IMG/VR virus record: IMGVR_UViG_3300045988_113151
DNA from: a virus
DNA: 64,000 bases
Reading direction: 5' to 3' (one strand)
In this document: positions 27,171 through 36,635 of the stretch, piece after piece
Layout of the letters: the number at the start of each line of letters is the position of its first letter
Position numbering within the stretch: the first letter of the stretch is position 1
The notes under the pieces: model-generated
Told to the model about the DNA's origin: nothing
Database searches by the model: none
The model's input: only the letters and a program-made list of their open reading frames with translations
Program-made: the position numbers and the translations under genes

Positions 27171-28117
27171 AATTTAATAATTTTATAAATTTGCATTTTA
27201 CACCTAAAACTTATAAGGGTAATAGGACTCGAAATTAATCTATCCTAAAACTTTATTTATTACCTACTAAAAGAAGTAGAACTTATAAGAAACTGGTGTC
27301 CTCAATGTCTTGGAAGGTTATTGAGTTTTTTAAATATCTGTCTTTCCAGATCGCCAATATTAGTTTATACTCCTAATATTAGAGTTTACTATCTTTAATA
27401 CCTAGAATAAGATAGCAGATTGTTTAAAAGAATAGTATAATCTTCCAAAACTATACTATTCTTTTGTATTATCAACACTCACTATTACACACAGTAGCTA
27501 ATTGTGTTTATTTAGTGACTAGATTCATAGTGGAAATGATTCCTTATGAGAATCCTACTTACTAGCTAGACTCTTGCGCTCGATATTGACGTTGTGGCAA
27601 TCAACAACAATATTTTTCACAATCGAGGGTCTTATTTCTCGGCAACTCCTACTTAATTTAAATTTGAATATATTTATATATCCCAAGTAATCAACAGATA
27701 TTTGGAGCACTATTTTACATCATTGTTTTCACGCTGATTGCTCGTTTTTGATCTTTTAATCAATATATACTTGATCAGTATGTATATATCTATGCTTCTT
27801 ACTTTCTGAGCGAGTTTGCGATTCTCAGATTTCATATTTTCTATTACCACGCATTGGCTAATTAGAAGAGCCTTAATTAAATTAAAATAACATAACTTGC
27901 ACAGTTTGTTTAGTTATGACTAACCAGCCTGTGACTAACTTCTGGTTAGTCTTAATTTAATTACTAGTCTTTACAGCGCTAGCTCTCTGTTTAGTTATTA
28001 TAAAGATAATTAAATTAGAAAAAATTGCTATAATGATGACTCAATTGTAGTGATATGCAGAAGCGATGGACACTTTCATGTCCACGCTCTGATTGACGAA
28101 TAAGCTATATATTAGTA
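27171..28117. other. about 0.95-kb ORF-free, hairpin-dense island
   Basis: No ORF of 60 aa or more. Perfect 10-bp stem gactaaccag/ctggttagtc, 9-bp aatagtata/tatactatt, a gcgtggaca..tgtccatcgc hairpin right after the stop of 28118-28798, and the motif gcgagtttgcga shared with 16551. Confidence 0.45.
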
Positions 28118-28798
28118 TCATTCATCATAGTCATCATCTGCATTAATGTTGGATTTCGTGGGTGGAGTGACAGTACCACCCTTACTCTCATCTCCCTTGT
28201 CAACTTTTTTCAATACCCAATAAATCCCACGGTTTAGATTGCTGTCTGTATTCCTCTTGATTACTTCCTCAACTGTGCCACCATTTAATTCGGTGTCCCA
28301 TTCGTTAGTATCGTCGAATCCTACGACTTCATCATTCTCCCCAATTATAGGTACAACCTTAGAATACCCAACAGCGTTAAGTGTACGTAATTCTGTTTGA
28401 CTGCCATTTTTGTCGTAGTAGTAAAAACTTTCAATGTCATATAATTCACTGACTTTCATAGTTTTGTACACTAGAGGTAAAGAAAATTGACAATCTTCTA
28501 ACTTAACTACTTCACCCTTCTTAGTTGTAAACTGTTTTTCATCCGATTCCATGCACTTAATAAACCTATCTAGTAGCTTCTTGTATGCCTTAGCAGTTTC
28601 GTCCTCTGTTGGAAACAGGCATTTAACTAAGTTTACGTCTCGAATTGCCGCAGCTTGAGGGTTAAGTACACGCACACCATTAATCATAATGAACGGCTCG
28701 CAATTTTTGTCTCCCGTAGTGTAAGAGAATGTACATACGTAGTACTCATTTCCATTTTCTCTTACACGTTTTTCTGCTTGAATTAATTTACTTAACAT
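28118..28798 (-). CDS. hypothetical protein, first gene of the leftward arm (higher GC, acidic tail DDDYDE)
   Basis: ORF track. Confidence 0.6.
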   Translation of the reverse strand: MLSKLIQAEKRVRENGNEYYVCTFSYTTGDKNCEPFIMINGVRVLNPQAAAIRDVNLVKCLFPTEDETAKAYKKLLDRFIKCMESDEKQFTTKKGEVVKLEDCQFSLPLVYKTMKVSELYDIESFYYYDKNGSQTELRTLNAVGYSKVVPIIGENDEVVGFDDTNEWDTELNGGTVEEVIKRNTDSNLNRGIYWVLKKVDKGDESKGGTVTPPTKSNINADDDYDE

Positions 28799-28850
28799 AA
28801 TTGTAATTTTTTTGATAAAACCTAATACTTAAAATACTTGATTGAGGAAG

Positions 28851-28936
28851 AAACACGCCGTTGAGTGAACCCCGCGGGGGTGTTCCTTCCGAAACAAGGT
28901 AGAGGGGTATGATCTTTTGCTGGTCCACACACTCAC
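28851..28936 (-). promoter_or_regulatory. GC-rich structured element in the leader of the leftward arm
   Basis: It contains gtgaaCCCCGCGGGGgtgttcc and ggtagaggggtatg, standing out sharply from the AT-rich divergent region. It lies 50-140 nt upstream of the ATG at 28798. Confidence 0.4.
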
Positions 28937-29582
28937 AATTATTCGCAAAATTTTTTTTAATATATATAATTTTTGTTAAATTTTGGCTATTAAACATACA
29001 TAAACTTTTATAAAAAACGTTAACAATTTATCACAATAAGCAACAAATGTAGCATATAATACGTTACTGTATTAGTACAGTCTAACACAGTAAATACAGT
29101 AAGTAGTATAAATAAGTAAATGTAGCCACTACTTACTTAATATTATAAGTAACATGTATACTAGTAAAGAAGTAACTTTTATAGCTAACCAAGTAATTAA
29201 ACTAAGTACTCTTACTTAGATAACACTAATGAAATCATATGAATTTATAATATCAGAAGCATGAATTACTATTATATTAGAAAGAAAGACTAGCAATATT
29301 CTAACTGCATTTACTTAGCTAATATAAGTAAGAAAGCTAGATATAATGACGATTATAGAACTTTTACTATACCAGGTAAAATAGAGTACACATTTACTGA
29401 ATAGTTATACAAAGAATTCAAAGAAGACATTTTAAAGAAACATTCCTGAAGTACAAAGGATCGTAGCCACCTAAGCATACCATTAGAACTGCTCAACGTA
29501 GGTCTGAATCGTAAAAGTCAGTAGAGTTATTCCCTATCTTTGGGTATATTAAAATAGGGACCCCATTAAAATATTAGTTAGT

Positions 29583-29786
29583 ATGGCACAAGATAATAAC
29601 AAAAAAAACTACCCAGAATATCATTTTCAAAAGAAAGTATATTTAGCAGTACCAGAAATCAGTGAAGGAGCGTGCGTTGGCTGCGCTTTCTACAATAAAC
29701 TTGATTGTTCAAAGTACCCAGAACGTATAGCATTGTGTAGACAAGGTAATATTTTCAAAAGAAAGTTGCAACATATAGACGATTAA
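29583..29786 (+). CDS. small Cys-rich protein
   Basis: ACVGCAFYNKLDCSKYPERIALC; first ORF of the rightward arm. Confidence 0.5.
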   Translation: MAQDNNKKNYPEYHFQKKVYLAVPEISEGACVGCAFYNKLDCSKYPERIALCRQGNIFKRKLQHIDD

Positions 29787-29811
29787 TACGTTTAACAAAG
29801 AAAAATTATTT

Positions 29812-30192
29812 ATGGAAGACAAAGTACTTAAGACAGTAGTAGATAGTATTAAATACTCATTTAAAAAAGATATACTAGTAAAACCATTGCCAACTACGAA
29901 GGTTACTGTAGAATATACAGAACAAATACCTACTGGTGAAAAGGACGAGGAAGGTTTCAATAAATATGAAACTAAGAGTCACACCAAAGAAGTAGATTCA
30001 GAATTTTCAAGAGGTATTGTTATATCTTTACCTACTAGCAAGGCAATAAATGAAGCTAATGATATGGACATTAATCTTGGCGATACTATAGTTTATGTAT
30101 CTAAATTTGCTAAGAATTTTGATCTATTCAAAGACTCGCAACTGGTTAAACCATACGATGTAATTGCAGTTGAGTCTGCTGAAAAAAAGTAA
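29812..30192 (+). CDS. GroES/Gp31-like co-chaperonin
   Basis: The pattern ILVKPL ... RGIVISLP ... LGDTIVYVS ... LVKPYDVIAVE parallels GroES RVIVKR ... RGEVLAVG ... VGDIVIF ... ILAIVE, with a long mobile-loop-like insert. Confidence 0.55.
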   Translation: MEDKVLKTVVDSIKYSFKKDILVKPLPTTKVTVEYTEQIPTGEKDEEGFNKYETKSHTKEVDSEFSRGIVISLPTSKAINEANDMDINLGDTIVYVSKFAKNFDLFKDSQLVKPYDVIAVESAEKK

Positions 30193-30267
30193 TTATTTAA
30201 GAGTGCTCGTGCGAGCTTAGTCGTCGCATCTGCACTATAAAAATTTTATTCATATATTTACATTCTA

Positions 30268-30299
30268 AATACCCAGGGTTAAAAGCTCTGGGTATTTTT
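30268..30299 (+). terminator. intrinsic terminator
   Basis: A 9-bp stem aatacccag/ctgggtatt with an 11-nt loop, then TTTTTA. Confidence 0.6.
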
Positions 30300-30350
30300 A
30301 TATAGTATACTTACTTAATAAATGTTAAATATTATAACCATTTACTTATA

Positions 30351-30554
30351 ATGCCGTTTTATAGGCATATGGTAACAATGATTATGATATTAATTATAAC
30401 CGTAGTAAGTATTATCTTATGCATGCATTGTAAGAATATAGGCTATAACAAAGGATATTCAGACGGTTATGAAGAATGTAAAAAGAATTTTGAAAAGATA
30501 GAAAGATATAAAAGATCTATGAGTTCAAAATTCTTAGAAAAATTAAAACATTAA
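30351..30554 (+). CDS. small membrane protein
   Basis: Hydrophobic segment MVTMIMILIITVVSIILCM. Confidence 0.5.
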   Translation: MPFYRHMVTMIMILIITVVSIILCMHCKNIGYNKGYSDGYEECKKNFEKIERYKRSMSSKFLEKLKH

Positions 30555-30558
30555 TGAT

Positions 30559-30966
30559 ATGAAACAGTATAAAGTTATTAAAGAATTTGGTTGTGCCAAA
30601 AAAGGAGATATTTTCTATGAAACATCTGAGGGACATTTTGAAATGGATAACACATCTGAGTGCGTGGATATGTATAGCAATCGTAATATGTGTATCAGCC
30701 CCAATATTATTAACACACTATTGGATGCAAAATTTGTTGAAGAATTTAACTCAGAAACGAAAGAAGAAGAATTCGCAAAAGATAAACTGACTAGTATAAG
30801 TAACTTTATCTATGAAGCTAAAGAACAGTATAAGAAAGACCATGATAGTTTAGTTGATGAATATAATGAAGGCAACTTACCTGCATGTGTAAAAGTAGAA
30901 GCTGATACTGTTTACTTTAATATGAATAAGATACTAACTAAAATTGAGGAACTAATAAATGAATAA
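30559..30966 (+). CDS. hypothetical protein
   Basis: ORF track. Confidence 0.55.
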   Translation: MKQYKVIKEFGCAKKGDIFYETSEGHFEMDNTSECVDMYSNRNMCISPNIINTLLDAKFVEEFNSETKEEEFAKDKLTSISNFIYEAKEQYKKDHDSLVDEYNEGNLPACVKVEADTVYFNMNKILTKIEELINE

Positions 30967-31333
30967 ACTAGTTAAGGAATGTAAGAAGAAAGATCTATAT
31001 TCTGAATTCTTGAGGTCCTTAAACGGTATTATTCAACTACCAGACAGGGAGTTACAGCTACTTACTACTTTAGTAGACTTATAGATAAATAAGCAAAAAC
31101 TCCCTGGTACTAGTGAGAGTGTAATTAGTACAGAAAATAGAAAGTATATCACTCATACTTTAGGTATTACTCCTGATAATTTGAGTAGATATTTAAGTAA
31201 ATTCAAAGAACAAGGACTCCTAGTAAGAGGAAAAATAGATAATGAGTGGTTAGTAAATAAAATACTTATACCTGAAATAATTAAAGATAGAGTACAAATA
31301 ACTATTATACTTAAAGTAAACAATGAAGAATAA
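30959..31333 (+). pseudogene. winged-HTH DNA-binding protein gene whose frame is broken twice (pseudogene or recoded)
   Basis: Frame 1 gives MNKLVKECKKKDLYSEF. The -1 frame gives LEVLNGIIQLPDRELQLLTTLVDLIDK-TAA. Frame 1 resumes with INKQKLPGTSESVISTENRKYITHTLGITPDNLSRYLSKFKEQGLLVRGK...NNEE-TAA. The last 82-codon segment has no start codon. Confidence 0.4.
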
Positions 31334-31667
31334 GAACGTACTATATAAACTATATTCAGATGGTTTAATCATAAAAGTAACATATCATAATTGGTTTAAG
31401 TCTATCATTGATCTTATAAGTAATAGACCTGATTTTGACATTGATTGTTACGTTCCAATCAAACAATATAATAACTCAGAGCAATCAAAACTACACGAAT
31501 TACTTAGAAGAAATACTAATTTAAACTTTGATGATATTACTGTTTTAGTTAATAGTATAAGACCTAACTCTATTATACCAAACTCTAAATTAGATTGTAA
31601 TCCAAACTATGTCAATACAACAAAGAAGGAAGATATCGATCTACTCAGAATTAGCAAACAAATATAA
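31323..31667 (+). CDS. hypothetical protein
   Basis: ORF track. Confidence 0.5.
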   Translation: MKNKNVLYKLYSDGLIIKVTYHNWFKSIIDLISNRPDFDIDCYVPIKQYNNSEQSKLHELLRRNTNLNFDDITVLVNSIRPNSIIPNSKLDCNPNYVNTTKKEDIDLLRISKQI

Positions 31668-31857
31668 TCTGCCATATCCAGTAATCGAAGTAATATGTAA
31701 CAGCCCGTTTAAATTTGCTAAGTAGATTATAGCTGACGATGCTGATAAAAAAGACATAATGTTTGCTTACTTATTTAAACTAAAACTAAAGAAATTATAC
31801 AAATGCAAAGATACGCAGAAATTATAGAGCAAGGAAGAGGCAGAAGAGGAACAATAA
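31609..31857 (+). CDS. hypothetical protein with in-frame TAG (31723); the end is either TAG 31825 or TAA 31855
   Basis: Manual translation MSIQQRRKISIYSELANKYNLPYPVIEVICNSPFKFAK-TAG-IIADDADKKDIMFAYLFKLKLKKLYK... Confidence 0.4.
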
Positions 31858-31988
31858 CTTACAGATTAAAAATACTTGCTGAAGATGGGGATCATTTCTT
31901 ACTTGAGGATGAAGAAGGACCAGTATGGTTTTTAAAAGAACAAGTAAATAATATAATAATTAAAGACGATGAAACTGATAGAAAGTAA
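31803..31988 (+). CDS. hypothetical protein
   Basis: ORF track; it overlaps the alternative-frame candidate 31609-31857, so one of the two may be spurious. Confidence 0.4.
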   Translation: MQRYAEIIEQGRGRRGTITYRLKILAEDGDHFLLEDEEGPVWFLKEQVNNIIIKDDETDRK

Positions 31989-33744
31989 AGTAGAGATGCT
32001 AATACAAGGTAGTGGTATAGAAGGGATTTATAAGCAAATAGAGTTAGCTGGTCGTACTTGTTATAAATCTGAGGATAAAATTACTCCTACTTCAGCTAAA
32101 GAGTTTACAGATAGAATGATTAAATCAAAACACTGTTATACTGGAGAAACAGAAGTGCTAACTGAGAAAGGTTGGATTAAATTTAGAAATTATAACGGAG
32201 AAAAGGTCGCAGTAATAAACAAAAATTGCTCCTTTAAAGGATTTGAGTCTCCCAGCAGAATAGTAAATTATTCTTATAAAGGAAATTTCTATTATTACCC
32301 ATCATTAGGTATTGAAGTAACAGATGGTCATAATATGTTTGGAGTATTTAGAGAAAGTAAAAATAACTTCTATACTAATTCTTCCTATAATTTATTTAGT
32401 TGTAATACTCCATATAGAGATAATAACGGTAGAGAAAAAACATTAGGAGAAAGAATGTTTAAATCCCCAAGGCACTGTGTTAAACCCATATCTCTGAATC
32501 CTTATGGTGAATTAATTGGATTTTGGTTAGGAGACGGCTGTTATTCTCCTGAAACTAAAAATAAATTAGTATTTCATCTAAAGAAAGAGAGAAAAATAGA
32601 ATATCTTAGACGAATATGTAATGAATTAGGATATATTTTTGAGAAAAAAAAATCTAATTATTACACAGTTACTAATAATAACATAGGAAGTTCTTTTAGT
32701 TCATTATTTTATAATAATGGGAAAAGATTATCCTTACAATATTTTCCTTCTATAGACATTGCATATTCTATTATAAACGGATTAATAAACTCAGATGGAA
32801 GTTTGGGAATTAACACCAAAACTATCACTTTTACTAATACTAGTAAAAGTATAATAGACTGGTTATTAATGTATGCTCCTATATGCGGTTACTCTATCTC
32901 TGATAGAGGAATATCTCATAATACCTCCTTAAACAATCCTGTATATAAAGTATTATTGTTAGATACTAATTATACTCTAAACAATGATTCTAGGAATAAA
33001 GATTCTAAGGTTATTATTACTAATAAAGTGGAAGAGGTGTATTGTGTAACAGTATCTACAGGTTTAATAATGGTTAGAGGAACTAATGGTGTTACTACTA
33101 TCTGCGGGAATTGTGCTATGCTTGAACACGGTACTATTTATCTTACTATTGCTAAGACAGTTACAAACATTGGAGATCCTATATTCTATGTTAGAAATAA
33201 ATACTCTAAAGTAAATGAGGATGATCTATTTTACTTCATAACTACTAATATGCGTGTACTAGTAGAGAATAATAGACTAGATGATTTACAATATCAAGTG
33301 GAACCTACAGAATTTCATGAGAAACGCATTACTGTTAAGTTTATATGTGATAGAGGAGTAAGTCATGAGTTTGTAAGACATCGTGTATTTAGTTTCGCTC
33401 AAGAAAGTACTCGTTATTGCAACTATAGTAAGGATAAATTTAATAACGAGCTTACTTTTATCACACCTACTACAAAAGAAATAGGAGCAAAAGGACCGTA
33501 TGAACCTAATGATACATTTACAGTAGCTTTAATGCAAGCAGAAAAGAACTATTTTGTTCTTATTCAAGAAGGATGGAAACCTCAACAGGCAAGACAAGTG
33601 CTACCTAACGCTTTAAAGACAGAACTAGTAATGACAGGATTTATAAGTGATTGGGAACACTTCTTTGAACTGAGATGTAGTAAAGCAGCCCATCCTGATG
33701 CACAGAAGTTAGCTAATGAATTAAAAGAACTAATTTACAAGTAA
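31969..33744 (+). CDS. thyX: FAD-dependent thymidylate synthase ThyX, interrupted by an intein
   Basis: Extein motifs AGRTCYKS, KSKH|CAMLEHGTIY (compare KHGHETPFEH in ThyX) and the ThyX signature FVRHRVFSFAQESTRY. Confidence 0.85.
   Translation: MKLIESKVEMLIQGSGIEGIYKQIELAGRTCYKSEDKITPTSAKEFTDRMIKSKHCYTGETEVLTEKGWIKFRNYNGEKVAVINKNCSFKGFESPSRIVNYSYKGNFYYYPSLGIEVTDGHNMFGVFRESKNNFYTNSSYNLFSCNTPYRDNNGREKTLGERMFKSPRHCVKPISLNPYGELIGFWLGDGCYSPETKNKLVFHLKKERKIEYLRRICNELGYIFEKKKSNYYTVTNNNIGSSFSSLFYNNGKRLSLQYFPSIDIAYSIINGLINSDGSLGINTKTITFTNTSKSIIDWLLMYAPICGYSISDRGISHNTSLNNPVYKVLLLDTNYTLNNDSRNKDSKVIITNKVEEVYCVTVSTGLIMVRGTNGVTTICGNCAMLEHGTIYLTIAKTVTNIGDPIFYVRNKYSKVNEDDLFYFITTNMRVLVENNRLDDLQYQVEPTEFHEKRITVKFICDRGVSHEFVRHRVFSFAQESTRYCNYSKDKFNNELTFITPTTKEIGAKGPYEPNDTFTVALMQAEKNYFVLIQEGWKPQQARQVLPNALKTELVMTGFISDWEHFFELRCSKAAHPDAQKLANELKELIYK
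32134..33111 (+). mobile_element. intein with LAGLIDADG homing endonuclease in ThyX (326 aa)
   Basis: It starts CYTGETEVLTEKG. Block B is VTDGHNMF. LAGLIDADG motifs are LIGFWLGDGCYS and IINGLINSDGSL. It ends ..VTTICGN followed by +1 Cys. Confidence 0.8.
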
Positions 33745-33745
33745 T

Positions 33746-33883
33746 ATGCATATATTTATAGAAGAATGTCTAGCACCACTATATAGACTACAATCTCTTA
33801 GAGAGATACATTTTGATCCTGTATTAATGAACGATATAATGCTATTTATAGCAATGCAAGATAATAGACTATTGAAAGTATGA
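33746..33883 (+). CDS. small hypothetical protein (45 aa)
   Basis: Manual translation MHIFIEECLAPLYRLQSLREIHFDPVLMNDIMLFIAMQDNRLLKV. It has an ATGA overlap with the next gene. Confidence 0.35.
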   Translation: MHIFIEECLAPLYRLQSLREIHFDPVLMNDIMLFIAMQDNRLLKV

Positions 33884-34332
33884 AAATAGATAAATATGAA
33901 TGCAGCTTTCCTGGTAATTTATGGGTAGTAATATTAGATTATAATGAACCATTGGGTAAGATAGTAAACAAGTTCAACTTCTATAAAATGGATGGTAAAT
34001 TTAATCAATTTAATGAGGAAATAGAAACAGGTTTACTAGAAGACAGACGTAGAGCTATAGCTGGTTGTTATTCAGTAATGGAAAAAAGTAGCGGAGACCT
34101 AGGTATACTTTGTTTAGTATTTATAATAGATCTAATGGATGCTAATACTATTGCACATGAATCAGTGCATATAGCTGATTACTATTATGAAGTTGGCGGG
34201 ATATACTCAGAGTCATTTTCAGATGGAAACGAATCTTATGCTTACTTAGTAGGTTGGTCAGCAGGCAATATATCTAAAACAGTAATAGACTATGAAAGAA
34301 GAAGAGATAAGAAACAACGAGAGCACATCTAA
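33880..34332 (+). CDS. putative zinc metallopeptidase (HExxH)
   Basis: Motif IAHESVHIADY. Confidence 0.5.
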   Translation: MKIDKYECSFPGNLWVVILDYNEPLGKIVNKFNFYKMDGKFNQFNEEIETGLLEDRRRAIAGCYSVMEKSSGDLGILCLVFIIDLMDANTIAHESVHIADYYYEVGGIYSESFSDGNESYAYLVGWSAGNISKTVIDYERRRDKKQREHI

Positions 34333-35257
34333 AAAGAATGATTTTAAAGATAATAAACTTAGATGGGACTTACTCCCGTTAGAAACTATTGAAAACTTAG
34401 TAAAAGTTTATTCATTCGGTAGCAAAAAATATTCAGATAATAGTTGGCAGAATCTTGACAATTTCTGGGAAAGATACAAAGCAGCATTACTTAGACATTT
34501 GACAGCGATAGAAAAAGGTGAATTCTATGACAAAGAAAGTGGATTACCGCATTCGTCGCATCTAATGTGGAATGCAGTAGCTCTGGACTATGGGTTTACT
34601 CACGGTAAAGGTAAAGTAGTATATAAGGATATCCCTGGTTATGAAGAGTTCTACTATGCAGATAGTAATGGGAACATCTATTCGAAAGACAGGTTTCATA
34701 ACACCTCTCAAGGAGGATTCATTAAAAAGGGTAGAATGTTGAAACCTTTCAAAAACAATCGAGGGTATTTGAATGTATCATTATGTGGTAACAATGGACA
34801 AAAGACCGAAAAAGTGCACCGACTGATCGCAAAAACGTTTTTAGATAATCCAAACAACTATCAAGAAATTAACCACAAAAATGAAATAAAGGATGACAAT
34901 CGTGTTATAAATTTGGAATGGTGCGACAGATTATACAATATGAATTATGGTACAATAAGATCCAGATTAAGCGAACACGCTGATTCTAAGAATAGAGTAA
35001 AACCAATAGTAAGATTAAATAAGAATGGAGATGTTATCCGCAAATATGAGTCGATTACTTCTGTAAAAGAAGACGGATTTGACCCAAGTTATGTTTTGAA
35101 AGTTTGTAGAGGTACTAAACAAGAAGCATACGGGTTTGTTTGGAAATACGACGACTTAAATGACAACAGTCTGTTAGAAAAGTTAAACAAACGTATAGAA
35201 GAAAAGATAAATAATTGCAATAAGATATTAGACGAGTTAGAAACAACTCAAAAATAA
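34292..35257 (+). CDS. MazG-like dNTP pyrophosphohydrolase domain (DUF5664-type) fused to a NUMOD4/HNH homing endonuclease
   Basis: N-terminal part NKLRWDLLPLETIENLVKVYSFGSKKYSDNSWQN...LRHLTAIEKGEFYDKESGLPHSSHLMWNAVAL. Then YKDIPGYEEFYYADSNGNIYS (NUMOD4-like), GYLNVSL...KVHRLIAKTF...INHKNEIKDDNRVINLEW (HNH_3-like) and GFVWKY. Confidence 0.65.
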   Translation: MKEEEIRNNESTSKKNDFKDNKLRWDLLPLETIENLVKVYSFGSKKYSDNSWQNLDNFWERYKAALLRHLTAIEKGEFYDKESGLPHSSHLMWNAVALDYGFTHGKGKVVYKDIPGYEEFYYADSNGNIYSKDRFHNTSQGGFIKKGRMLKPFKNNRGYLNVSLCGNNGQKTEKVHRLIAKTFLDNPNNYQEINHKNEIKDDNRVINLEWCDRLYNMNYGTIRSRLSEHADSKNRVKPIVRLNKNGDVIRKYESITSVKEDGFDPSYVLKVCRGTKQEAYGFVWKYDDLNDNSLLEKLNKRIEEKINNCNKILDELETTQK

Positions 35258-35269
35258 AGAAACTAGAAT

Positions 35270-35773
35270 ATGGAACGATTGAAATTTAAGAAATTAGATT
35301 ACTCTGTAAAAAATGCAGAGGGAGTAGAAGAGATTAAGAAGTCAGAGGGTGTATTACCAACTAGAGCTACAGCGGGAGATGCTGGTTTAGATTTATATTC
35401 TACTCGTATGACACAAGAAGTAGATAATAGTGGCAAATTAGTTTTAGTATATCATACTGATATCGCTGTAGAAATCCCAGAAGGTTATTGCGGCTTACTT
35501 ATGATGAAGTCTTCTGTAAGTAATAGATCTATCTGTTTGACTAATGCCGTAGGGCTAATTGACTGCTTTTATAGAGGGGAGATAATGGCTAAGTTCAAAG
35601 TTACAACAGATGCAGTGCCTACTGTATACTCAGTTGGTGAAGCATTCGCTCAATTAGTAATAGTTCCGTGTTCAATCCTTGAACCAGTATTTGTAGAAGA
35701 ATTAAGCGAAACCGAAAGAGGCACTAAAGGATTTGGAGAAGCCGATGTAATTATTCCGGAAGAGGTAAAATAA
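35270..35773 (+). CDS. dut: dUTP diphosphatase (trimeric dUTPase)
   Basis: Motifs ATAGDAGLDLYS, GLIDCFYRGE and RGTKGFG. Confidence 0.9.
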   Translation: MERLKFKKLDYSVKNAEGVEEIKKSEGVLPTRATAGDAGLDLYSTRMTQEVDNSGKLVLVYHTDIAVEIPEGYCGLLMMKSSVSNRSICLTNAVGLIDCFYRGEIMAKFKVTTDAVPTVYSVGEAFAQLVIVPCSILEPVFVEELSETERGTKGFGEADVIIPEEVK

Positions 35774-35774
35774 T

Positions 35775-36323
35775 ATGTTACATTTCTTTGATATAGTAGG
35801 AGGAGAAGTAGTAATACATGCAGACTTATGGGCACTACCGCCATTTGAAAAACTATGGAATCTAGATAAAGATCCTACTAAAGCTCACGCTAATAAGGTA
35901 GTAAAATTTATTATACTATGTGATTACTGGAATAGCCCATATGTAAAGAGTATTAGTAGCACTGAGCTTAGAGAAAAGAAGTTAAAAGAAAGGATATTTA
36001 AAGATGAAAATTACTCTCTTACTTTAGATGAATAGATAAGCAGAGATGAGTATAAAGAGCTTATTAACACTAGAAACCTTAAGATGCTAACTTCTATTAT
36101 GAACAAATTAGATACTATCAGTAATTACTACGAATCCTCCTTAGAGGAAGAATTAGATGAAACCAAAATAGGTAAGTTGTTAGCAGGATTTGAGAAAGTA
36201 AAAGGTACAATGCAAACTATAGATTTTCTAGAAAAGTCTGTTAAAGCAGAAGAGCTCGATAATACTAAAGTTAAAGGTAATTCTCAGATTAATCCATACG
36301 AGTTGGTAAAAAAAGTACAGTAA
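35775..36323 (+). CDS. hypothetical protein with in-frame TAG at 36033
   Basis: ORF-track fragments 35775-36035 and 36084-36323 share one frame and are separated only by TAG plus 16 sense codons. Confidence 0.55.
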
Positions 36324-36373
36324 CCTGTAACATAAAAAATAAAGTTACGTTTTACAGAAAAAATAAAGAAACT

Positions 36374-36592
36374 ATGAAAAAGAAGAAATTTTATACCAAG
36401 AAAGAAGAAGTTTATTTAGATTTGACAAATCCTAATCAGACAGTTGGTGAAGCTATTGCACAATCGAATGCTGAAAGAAATGCTATCAAAGAATCTGTTT
36501 ATGAAATTATAGAAGAAAAGATGGCTGAAGAACCAACAAAAAAATCTAAATGGTATACTAAGTTTTGGAATAAATTAAAGAACTTATTTTAA
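36374..36592 (+). CDS. hypothetical protein
   Basis: ORF track. Confidence 0.5.
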   Translation: MKKKKFYTKKEEVYLDLTNPNQTVGEAIAQSNAERNAIKESVYEIIEEKMAEEPTKKSKWYTKFWNKLKNLF

Positions 36593-36635
36593 AATATATG
36601 TCTAACGGGGATAGACATTAAACATTCCCCGGCAC

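Noticed and set aside
28788-28997. A 69-aa minus-strand ORF upstream of the first leftward gene.
   Set aside because: It is kept open mainly by the GC-rich element, has odd composition, and overlaps the ATG of 28118-28798. It was treated as leader sequence rather than a gene.
28999-29582. AT-rich divergent region with scattered GTAA/TACTTA-type short repeats as a replication origin.
   Set aside because: The repeats are short, irregular and compatible with simple AT-rich composition. There is no clear iteron array.
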